NCBI GenBank assembly: GCA_051294375.1
Contig: CM119264.1
Span: forward strand, 19,599,590 to 19,663,589
DNA: 64,000 nucleotides
From: Paraspadella gotoi
Lineage: Eukaryota; Animalia; Chaetognatha
Direction: 5' to 3'
Shown: in pieces, positions 14,301-26,300 of the stretch
How the letters are laid out: every line of letters starts with the position of its first letter
Numbering within the stretch: the stretch's first letter is position 1
The notes under the pieces: model-generated
Database searches by the model: none
Told to the model about the DNA's origin: nothing
Seen by the model: only the letters and a program-made list of their open reading frames with translations
Program-made: the position numbers and the translations under genes

Positions 14301-17300
14301 ATCTTAGCAGACATGTTTCGGCTCATAAATTCGAGCCTTCATCAGCGTTTTTGACAGTTGTAAATTTGAACAGATTTTGTGAGTTAAAGAAAGGGAGGGA
14401 GAGAGAGAGAGAGTGAAGAAGAAGTTCAAGGTTAAAGTTTCCAACAAAGAATTGAGAAAAGACAGTGGTCAGTGGTGAGGACAGATTTTAGACAAGGCCA
14501 GTTTGAATAAGTTGTGAAAAAGAAGTGAAAATTTGATGAGAGAGAGAGAGAGAGAGAGAGATAGAAAGGGGGAGAGAGAGAGAGAGAGGAAATATATACA
14601 ATTACATTTGGCAATGTACAACAGGGATAAAGATAATGGAAACTTGAAATGTTCTGACTAATAACAATTTGAAAATAAGAAATTGAAGATGAAAAAGAAT
14701 ATTGAAATTTGATATTTTTAGATTAGAGGGATAGATAAGTAAAGATTGTAGTGAAATATAAGGATTGAGAAAGAGCTCAAAATGAGCTGGGCCGCCCCCG
14801 GTCTCGTGAAGGAAAGGCATTGCTGACTGTGCCGGGTCATTGGCGTGTCATAGGTTGGGAAGATAATAGGATTGATCTCGTGTTAGCTGGCTCAGGTATT
14901 GTTCCCTGAGGAAACAAACCCAAGGCCACCCTAATATCCCTCTGGCCTGATACGCCTGCCGACGGCCCTCTTCTCACCTGACGGTGAGGTGGGCGGGTGT
15001 CCACTCTTGCCATTTTGTTGACAGGGATGGTGGAGTCCTCTTCATCCTCCTGCAGCCGTCGCTTGGGACGACGCCCAGCCCTCAGAGAAAGGGGCTGAGT
15101 TGCTGTTGGAGATTCGGAGGTGTCAGGTGCCCATCGGTTGACCGAAGGTCTCCGCCTGGCTCGTTGAGTAGGGACAGGGGAGTCATTGTGCGGTTGTGGT
15201 GGTGTGGGGTGTTCCACCACTGCTTTGATAAGCGAATCATAGTTTGGAGGGAGATCGAATCATCCTCCATCGCGGTTCAAAGAGGGTTCGAGGGCCTTGA
15301 TGTAAATGGCCTCTCTAATACCCCTTGAGAACCAGTTAGGGTCATGGGACAGCACGAGACAGTCTTCCTCTCTGAATCGATGACCACTGAGCGTTGCGTG
15401 CTCTGCTATAGCGGACATGATATGCCCACGCGCGTCTCTGTAGGGTCTTACGTGCTGCTGGAAACGGTCTGAGAGAGACTTGCCTGTCTCGCCCACATAT
15501 GCTGCTGCACAGGGTTGGTTGCCCGCCCCTGCACAGGCCGCCCAATAGACGGCTCCTGATGTTTTCGGTCTGGGGATTTTGTCTTTCGGTTTCACCATTT
15601 GCTCACGTAGGGAGCCGCGGGCCGTCACTGAGATGGAGATCCCCTGCTTTGCTAGCACCCGCACCAATAACTCAGTGATCCCCTGGTGGTAGGGGAGGGA
15701 CAAGTGGCCCACGTTCCTGGGTCGCTTCTGCTTATCTTCCAATTGCGCTGTGGTGGGCGCGGTAGATGTTTCAGCAGCAAGCTCCCCACCATCCTCCTGG
15801 GGGGCAGAGGATGGGACAGCGTCAGCGGTTACTTGGGTAGAAAGGATTATACCATGAAGTTGAAAATCAAATCTTTGTATATTAAATATTTTTTTTATTT
15901 CTAAACTACCTAATGAAATAATTTTTTAAAATAAGTTATTTTTTCTTTTATCAACTTTTGACGAGGAAGTCAAATCTGCGATCAAAATTAAAAAAGTCCA
16001 TATTAAAATGTTTGGATTTTTGAAGGATAGTACTATATATAAATATAATGTAAAAATTAAAAAATAAAAAAAATTTTTTTTTATAAATTTATGTTTAATG
16101 GTGGTACGCTGGTAAAAATTGACAAATAGAATTTTCATACGTGACTTTCACGAGGCACTACTAAGCAGTGATTTTTTAAAAGTAACTACTAAGTTAAAAC
16201 TACTTAGTACTCAAAAAGAATATCAGAGCAGAAAAAAATTAAGGTATTTTTAACCTCTTGTGTTTATGGAGCTGGAGCTCCGGAATGACTAGACCGACTT
16301 TCTTTAAAGTTACACATATGAATTCCTCTTTTAAAAGTCTTTATTTCCCATTCACAATTTTTTTAGAAAACATAAATATAAAACCCATAAATTAAGGCTA
16401 AAAAGTATCTTCGGTTTTTGGCAGATCTTCAAAAATGTTTTTGTAGTAACTCAAATGATGAATGTTTTTGACAACTTGTCTTTCGGGAGCTATAGCTCTT
16501 GAATGCCTGAACCGATTTTCTTTTAACTTACACATATGGATTTCCCATTTCAAAATCTACATTTATCATTTATAAATTTTTATAATATGTGAGTAAAACA
16601 AGGCGCAACCTAAGTTTGATGGGTGGCTTCTTTTTTTTGCACAGGTCTGTATAATGGAGTTTCAGTATTCTATATAATAAAGAAATATCTTTTAATTTTG
16701 GATCTTTCTTCAAGTTACAGCGATACAAATTATGCAAATTGTATATTCATATTTTTATTGTATTTCTGATTGACCACGTCATGATGTTAAAATAACTTTT
16801 TTTAAAAATATTTTTATATACAATATTTTTTTAAAGAATTGGGGACGTCTATTATCTCTGGCGGAATAACTGATGTTAAAGATGAGGAATCTAAAAGTGA
16901 CCTTGCAACTAAATATTTCTCAGATGGAAGACAAATAAGTGGTCAAAGAGAAGCAAACCTAAATTTTACTGAGGATTCGATTCCCCCTAGAAAAAATCGA
17001 ATTGCATTTTTTGAATCATCACTTAAAGATTTAACAGTTGCTGAAAATTCCAGTGTTTCGTTGTCCACAACTATATTTGAAAAATGGATAAATCATGAAA
17101 ACTCTCCTAAACACTTTATTTGGTCACACAATGATAGTGTTTTAGTAGATGGAACAAAAAGATGTTCCATTGAGGAATCTGAAGGTGCCATTACCTTTTA
17201 CAAATCTAAGGATGAGAATTGCTTGTCCTATTATTATCCGGATTCTGGAAAAGTTATTTTTATGATAACAAATATGAAAGATAAACTATATGGAGGCTAC

Positions 17301-20300
17301 AAAGTAGTAGGTTTAAATTCACAAGGGGATTTTGATGAAGCTATAGGAAACATCAACAAGAAGAGTGAGTTTACTTTCATGTTACAATTGCCTGGATCTT
17401 CTTTGATTAATTGAGATTGAATTTTGGTTATGAAGTCTTTACTTAAATCTGTTGTTTTCAAACCTAACAAAGCTACAGTGAATGCATGAAAAAGTAAAAA
17501 GTATTTTAAACTTATAAATATTTTTAATGAAGCTATAAATAAATGCATGAAATCATAGGCCCTGTTAAATTTATTAATATTTAACTCTATATTTATAACT
17601 AATATAAAAAAGAATTAAAGACACTGAATGCTTGTGTCAACTCATTATTAAGGTAGTTAGAGATTTCAAGTTTGGGTTTGAGATAAAATTTTCTAAAAAA
17701 TTCTTTTTTAGTTACTCCGCATATATACAATCTCTCATCAAAGTCTATTAAAATTTTTGGAGAACTTGGTTGTACATACTAAGAAATTTTTTTTTCATTG
17801 AAATGAAATAAAGTTAGTGGATTTATATTCATATTTATTATCTTTTATTTAGATAAGCAAATGGTAGGGAAGTGGAATTAAGTTTAAATGTAAAAGATCC
17901 ATCATCATTTTTTGTTTTGCCTGCAATATTTTGTCTTTATTGTAGCGGTAGTATTTCATGCCCCGTTACTCGTCTGAGATTCAGCAGAACCTATGGCGCC
18001 GAATTTAGGGTTAATAAATAATTTATATTAGTTATTCATAATAATGATGATAATGATAATTATTCATCAACATTTTAAAGGATTATAGTACTAACTTTTA
18101 TTTAATTTTCTGAACTTTGTCAGAATATGTTCTTAAAAATAAATTAAATGTATATGATAATAAATACCACAAAGCTTCAGTTTTACAACCCAATAAACTA
18201 ATTAAAAAAGTTACATTAAAAATCGCTTAAGCAGTAGAAGAAAAAAAATAATAACTTGATGTTAAAAAAGTATTCAATTTTGCAATAATATGTGGATAAG
18301 GAGCTAAGTGGGCTGGTCTTTAGATACTCTCTGTATCTTCCGTGCCCCCTGAGCAGCAATGGAATGGGTCCGGGCTTGGAACCACACTTGAGGGTTTTCT
18401 ATGCCCGCAAAGCGGTTTACGGCCGTTTTCATGCTTCCCGCAGGGTAAGTACTATTGGGGATCAATACCGGTACCCAATGGTCATGTGCTGATTGTATGC
18501 TTACAATTTTAATGTCTATACATCTATCATTATTTACAGAGCATAAGCTTTAATTTGAGACCTCTTCCAACTTTCTACGATTTTTTGTTAATTAATTATA
18601 AGTAAAAATCATAATTTAAAAAAAAAAATTTTAATCAATCAGTTTCTTTCAAACAGATTATTTCTTAAAAATAAAAGTACAAATATGTTCTAAAAATGCA
18701 GTTCTACTTATTAGGCGTTAAAATAATTTAATATAAAATTATTATAAAAGATTACCAATACAGATAATTAATTTTTTTTTTAAAAATGTGTGATATTTAA
18801 TTAAAACTTAATCTCAAATAAACTAACAGATAAATATTAGCTGAGCACTTTAATTCAAAATCATCCAGCTTTTAAAAGTAATTATATATTTTATTATTTA
18901 TCAAAAGAAAATTTATTTATAAAATTATATTATAATAATAGCTCACTCAATATTTGATATATATTATTAATAGACAAATGAGTAAAAATATTAACAAATA
19001 TAATGCTTTAACTTTTAGTACTTAATTAAAGTATATATTAATATTTTTCAAAATATTTTTTTAATTTTTAAAATTTTTTATATTAAAATGATTATTAATT
19101 AAAAAAAACTTCTTTTGAAGCCTAATAAGTAGAATTGCATTTTAAAAACATATTTGTATCTTTATTTTTAAGAACTAATCTGTTCAAAGGTACTAATTGA
19201 TTAATTTTTTTGAAAGAAAAAAAAAAAATTTTTACTTATATTTCAATAACGCAAAGTAATAAAAAGTTGGGAGAGGTTTCAAATTAAAGCTTTTGTTTTG
19301 TAGATATTGATAGACATATAGAAATTCAAATTGTAAGCATATTCACTAAACTACTTGAAAATTTTTAGAAAAAAATTTCAAAAACTTTAATTAGCATTTA
19401 AACAAAATCCTGCCTTTATCGAATTTTACTGACCTACCACATTAAGTGTCTCATGGGTATTCTTTAAGATTTTATAGGTTTCAGAGATGGCACTTTTTTG
19501 TTTCTTTCACATCCTCTCTGCCCTACCGTGTAATAATTTAGAAACATTATGCAAAACAAATAATTTTTTTATTCCTTGCAAGTTGAAAGTTATAATCGTA
19601 AAAAGTTCACAGTGTGTCAAAATTTTGATAAAACATGAATTTTAATCATAATATAACCCGCCCCTAAAAAACATTCACCAAAGGAAAACGTGAAGAGATT
19701 TTAACATTTTGAAAAGAGATACTTAAAGATAAGACATACTTATTTTTTATGTATAAATATCATTTATTTTAGTTTACTTTTACTTTAACAGGAAGAGGTA
19801 AAAGATAGCTTTGAAAATGATCTCCCGGCTCGATAGCCTAATGTTTTTGAATGAAAAATTTATAGCTTACTTTCTGGACAAAAGATAGCTTTGAAACTGA
19901 TCTCTCGGCTCAGTTAGCCTAATGTTTTTGAATAAAAAATTTGTATCCCATTTTCTGGACAATTTATAAAAAAGACTTTCAAAAATAACAATAATGTTTA
20001 TATTGTCTTAAAGCCCTTTAAAAACTGTACACTGAAGAGACAGTAATTATTGTTATGAGTTAGTGATAGAACCGTTCAATATAAGCAGTCTCTGAGCTTC
20101 GGATCAGGCTGTAACACCATGTTACAGGCGGGTTAAGCGTCCCGTCCCTCTAAACTGCTAGGCGGCCACCGGGCTAGAACCCCTGACCTTTGGGTTGGGA
20201 AGCGAATGACTTGCCTCCGGCACCAATGGTCGCTGATGAATGGTTGGTGGATTTTAGTCCACCATAATACTATGATACATTTGTTGATTCTGTAGTATAA

Positions 20301-23300
20301 AAAAAATTATTTTTTTAGGCCAAGTAAAAGTTATAAGATATAGATTTTAACTACCATACTTTTAAGGATAGTGGCTAAGTATATTTCTGTTAAGAAATTA
20401 TAATCAATATTCCTGAATAAATTTTTAACGGGCTTTCTTATGATACCCATATTAGCACTAATTAGTGAGATTATGATTGTTTAACAGAGCAAATTTATAC
20501 ATAAAAATGAGTATGTCTTGTCTTTATATATCTTTTTTCAAAATGTTAAAATCTACGAGTTTTCATATTGTGATTTTTTTTTATAGCGGCGGGTTTCAAA
20601 TGGTCACGCGGTACTCTTTGTCACTTGGATCGTTAAAAAAACATTTAATATTTATTGATATTTATTAATATTTATTGATACTTAAATATTACAATTTTCT
20701 GCATGAAAGAATGCCAATTTTTTTTTTTAATATTTATTTGTAGTAATTGAAAGAAATTTGAAAAGCTTAATAGTAAAAAAATATATTTGTTAAAAATATT
20801 TCTAAAAGTAGAGGGTATATAATTAAAATGTAACAATAATTTTAGTAAAACGTTGAATAAATATGAATCAAATTTAATATTTTATTGTGATTTAATTTTG
20901 TTTAATATTTTAGGTTCTGAAACAGTTGTCGATGAAACTCCTGCGACATTGTTACCACAAGTCTTTGGAAAAATTCAGCCTGCTACTGCAAATGAAAAAA
21001 TTCATGATGAAATAAGGTGAGATTAAATTTATTATTCAACTTGCCAATCTTTCTCTTCAAAGAAGAAATTACCATTATCTAGGATTCTTTTAATCAATAT
21101 ATTTTTTTTCCTTTCAGTATCATTTTTTATTTTTTTATTATCTATAGTTTAAACAAAGATAATAAACATAAACAAATAAATCAAAGATTTATACAATTAA
21201 AAAAATTCAGAAACTTGTTCCGTTTTATACACATAAGAACAATTTTTAATTGTTTACGTTTTAATTAATTAATTTTATTTAATTAACTGTTTTTTTCTCT
21301 CTATTTTATTGATTTCGATTACTCAGAATAGTCTAAGTTTGTTGATGATTGTTTTACGGAATCAACCTTGTTGTATTCGAATAAAATCGCATATACACTC
21401 CGTTAATATTTTTTAGTCGGATCTGCTATCAGCAGATCCCGACTCTATAATTCTCTTTGTCGGTCCGTCGGTCCGCCCCCTCAATCTTATAGGGCATTCA
21501 CTTATATCATGTCAGAATATCGAATTATGATAAATTATGCAAAAAAAAAAAGATGTCTGTCCATTCGTCCGTCCCACCTTAGCAAAAAACTCCAATTACT
21601 CGTGATTGGATGGATGGATTAGAATGAAATTTTGTGTGTGGGTGATTGAGTTGAATAAAAAGTTTTGATGGAATTGTGCGAGTGGAAATGAGTTTAAATG
21701 GAAAAAAACCAAAAAAAAACTATTTCACTATTTAAATGCCAATTACTCATAAGTGGACAAGTCGATTGACTATAAATTTTGTATGTGGGTAGAAAAGTGT
21801 GTGATTAAGCTGGAAATCAAGTTTCGATGGAATTGTCTGAGTGGAAATGAGTTTAAATGGAAAAAACTAAAAACCTTTTTCACTAATTGATTATGGTTCT
21901 TTTTCTTTTTATAATAAATGTAAATGCAAGATATATTAATTAATCAAATAATTAATTAATTAATAAATAATTATTTAATCTGTCAATTAATCAATCAATT
22001 ATTCAATCAATCAATTTATTTAGTTATCTATTAATTAATTATTTAATCAATTAATCAATCAAGCAAGTCAATCTTTATCGGCATTATCGTCATCGTCGCC
22101 ATCATCGTCGTCGTTGCTTTTGTCGTGGTCAGTGACGAAAAGACCTAAAAACAAACATTTCGGATTAAATTAATTAATTTAAATTATTATTTTAGTTTAT
22201 ATAGTTTGTATTAATTAATTAATTACCGCTAATGATCGTGGGTAGATCCGACATTGTTTGCTCAAACTTGTTTTAATAAATGCCGTTTTATTTACCATTT
22301 TCTTTTTTACTATTTTTTATCCTACAGTCTCGAAGCGTATTTTCAAGGCGTGCCTGCCCCTAGCACTAATTGGAGTTTTGGCGGAAAACAAATAAAACCT
22401 AACTCTAAATATGACGTTGTTACTGGAAAAACCAACAGCAAACTGATTATTAAAGAACCAGTTCCAGAGGATGATGGCGAATATTTGTTCACTACTACTA
22501 CTGAATTTGGAACATCTGAGGCAACTGGGAGACTCACAGTCATACGTAAGTTTTGAATAGCCCGTAATGATTAACATTTTAATTGTACGGAATGTTTTTT
22601 CTGCTGCATATAAAAGAATACTAAAAAGTATATAATTGGTAAAAACTATAACTTATCGTATAAGCACCAATTTCTTCGGTATTTTAATTTTTTTTAAATT
22701 CTATACTAAAAAAAACTGACTAAATTTAAAATACCATTTTTTTCTTTTTCTTTTGTTTATTGTCAACATGAAATTGATACCTATATATATAATATCCAGG
22801 CCCCAACTGCAATGTTTTTTTAAATAAAAAACTTTGTATTATTTTCTCTCTTTTCGTTGCTAAGTGAATATTAAGAAAGGTTTATTATTGTGCCAATACA
22901 ACGAAATAAAATTCGTTGTATTGGCACAATAATAAACCTTTCTTAATAAAAAACTTTTAAAAGTTTGTAAACGATAGCATTTTTTTACAGGCAGACTTCT
23001 GATTATCACTTTATACTAATATATTCGCCAGTAGAAGGTACTATCAAACTTTTTCAAAGGTTTTGTAATAATTTTATATCATGTTTTTAGGTAAGGCTGA
23101 ATTCTTTTTATGCTGTAAAAAAGCATATTAAAACGCGAAGTTAATGGGTTAAAACAAATAGCTTATTTATTAAATGAATGGATAATTTTTATATTGGTTG
23201 TACCAATTTCATATATTTGTTAGCTGCGCCACCGCCTCCTGCTCCTCCCCCGGCAAAAGATAAAACAAAAAGACCAAAGATTAAACGTGGAACTGTTCCA

Positions 23301-26300
23301 ACTATGGAGGTATTGCTGCTTTTTCTCTTATTTTTTTCTTTTTTGATCTTGTGGTATATGCTTTAACTTTTACAATAGATGCATGTCTTTGTAAAAAAAT
23401 CCACAATCTCCTTAGAATATGCACGTTTGTTTGTTAGAAAGAGAAAGTTATAATTTATTAAAACAATGACAGTTATTATTTATTGATAGAAATACCATTT
23501 AACACAGTACCTGTGGATAAGGCGCTAAGTGGGCTGAAGATGACTATCCGTAACTTCTATAACCCCCTTTAGTAGCCATGAAACGGGTCCTGGGCTTGGA
23601 ACCAGGCTTGAGGGGTTGCCACGCCCCCAAGGCGGCTTACGGCCGTCCTCACGCTTCCCACAGGGTAGGTACCGGGTTGGGATTGAACCCGGTACCTAGT
23701 GGTCATGAGCTGATGGCTTTACTCAATGAGCCACCGGGTCAGGACTGAAGGTGTCATGCTTATAGGCAATGCCCGACTACAGAAGAGAGTAAAGAGAAGG
23801 AGTAAAGTGAACTTTAAACCACTTTGGGCTGGGACGTTGCGACTTCTCAAGCCTAGCTCCAAGCCCAGGCCCCATTCCATTGGAGCTATGGATAGTAAAG
23901 CGTTTAAAGATAACAACATATAAAATGCTAATAAAATGGTACAACAACTTTAGGGTATTATAGAATTAAATTATTAAAATTTTAAAAAAATCATATTTAG
24001 CTTTTAAATATGAAATTAAACTCCTTTAAGTTTATTTTGTAATGTTTATTATCAAATACTATTTATTTTTGGAAGCTAATTATTTATAATTATAAATAAT
24101 TTTAAGTAAAAAATAAGCTAAAGTTAGAAAATAATAATTTGAAAATTTTGAAATCAGATTTAAATGACCTACAAAAAGTTAATATGAAAAAGTATATTCA
24201 ATTTTTTTAAAAATATTTCATTAAATTTGCTAAAAACGTTAAAATATATTTTTTATCTGATTTTTTATAATTTAGCCAAAAATATAGTTTTTAAAAATTT
24301 TGACTGACTTAATGATATAATTTTTTAAAAAGATTTATATTTTTATAATCAACTTTTTGCAAAAAATTCAAATCCGATTTAAAAAATTTGAAATTGTTAT
24401 TTATTTTTTTACTGATTTTTTTACTAGTATATAATAAAACTTAAAAATATATTTTTTAAAATATTTTTGTAGGTTTTTATTTATATATTTTGTATGCTAA
24501 TTATGAGTTCTAAAATTTTTTATTTGTTTTAATTATACCCTTTCGTGTTAAAAATCGTTATTTGCGACAAGAAAGATGAAAGTTTTAAAAAATGATCATC
24601 GCCGTCAAATTCTTCGGATTTTATTACAGTAAAATAATTTTGAACGAAATCTAATATTCCCCGATCTAATACTTAAGGTAGTCGTCTTTTCATACAATTT
24701 AAACTTTCTTTGAAATATTATACCACTTCATTGATAGGGAAGCCAGATACTCTGGGAGTGAATAAACGAGACTGTGAGAGAGTCTTGATTGAAAGCTGGC
24801 CTTAAACCACCAAAGCCTGTCCAAAGTCAGGGAAAGATAGCTTATTTATTAAATGAATGGATAATTTTTATATTGGTTGTACCAATTTCATCTAATATTT
24901 GGTTATCTTTAAACGCACTAATGGATCTTTAGCCAACATTAGCGCCAGCCGACCATATGAACATTAAATAAATCCGTTATAGGTATTAATTAAAACTTAG
25001 TACTCATAAACTTAGGGCTTTACTCAATGGACGATAGATTACAACTGAAAGGACAAAGTTTATTGGCAGAGTAAACCTGCCCACAGCGCAGACAAGGAGA
25101 ACGATAGAAACTGATTCAAAAATAAAAATATTGTAGTACTAGTACCCATACTTTTAGACCATCTTTTATTTGGAAACTTACCATAAAGTCTCGAAAAACG
25201 TATATATATATACATATCGTAAATCGATTCCATCTTCGATGGTATTACACAAAATTATAAATTTGATATTTAAAAATTCAGAAATTTATCTTAGATTATT
25301 ATTAAAGTTCGGGTAACCCGCAACCATTAAAAAGCAAAATTTTAAAGTTAGGAGAAAAACAATTTGATTTGTTTTGGCAACGAATTGTATTTAAGGCATT
25401 AAGCAAACATGTTTCGACTCTGTAGTTTAGAGTCTTCATCAGTGTTTTTCTCCTAATCAATTGTTTTTCTCCTAATTACTAAAACAACGAAAGTCGAAAG
25501 TCTTTACACAATTTTAAAGTTAAAATTTAAAATATTTATATATTTTTTTGTGTCAGTTTCGGTAGCTCTCGTTGAATTTTATTTGAATTCTTTTTCTATT
25601 TATATAATTTAAACTTTCTTACATGTCATAATTGTATTGATAATAATCTTGCATGAATATAGTATATGCTGGAGTGGTCCTCTTTTGAAGAAGAAGATGA
25701 ACCAGAACCGGTGGAGAAAATAGTTTATAGATCACCGCATGATGATTTCGAACCGGTGGTAGATGAAGAGCCCTCATTCCCAAAACCCCCGAAGGAACGT
25801 AAATTACAAAAGGTATTTTTTGGACTGAATTCTGTCATTACATGCTGTATCCGCTATCTCTCATCACTTTCCAGCATAAAAGTTAAGTATTCCTTTTTAA
25901 ATATTTTATAGCCAAAAAGTCTCACCACTGAAACTTCAACCGATGAAAAGGATCCAGATTCAAAAGCACGTCGAGAACAATATCCTGTCATCATGACTCG
26001 AATGCAAGACCAAACTGTAAAGGAAGGCGAGCCGGTTCGATTTTTCGTGGAATTTGTAGCTTGGCCTCTCCCGAAGGTAGGAAGAAAATTTAAAAGAAAT
26101 TAAAACCTATGGCTGCGCCAATACATGGGAAACGCTTTCAAGGAATTAAATTGATCTGCTACAACTGTGCAAAGGGTTCTTTTTCTGTCAAAATTATTCC
26201 ACGCATCTGAAAAAATTTACGCTTGGAAGATAAAGGATTAAATAATAATATGAAGTTTTCGGAAAAAAAGTAGATTTTTAGGGATAAACTAGTTTGAACA

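Larger units (their letters stand above)
14265..15856 (-). mobile_element. 5'-truncated Penelope-like retroelement with pLTR-like 3' part
   Basis: 15-bp TSD AAGTTGAAAATCAAA (14250-14264, 15857-15871); GIY-YIG ORF; hammerhead near the 3' end. Confidence 0.9.

Noticed and set aside
20161-20233. Functional tRNA genes (also in the other T1 copies and 23671-23739)
   Set aside because: Anticodon and D stems pair poorly and the heads are embedded in longer repeated units.
20234-20265. Plus-strand hammerhead starting CTGATGAA in family T1
   Set aside because: No GAAA follows the hairpin in any of the three copies.
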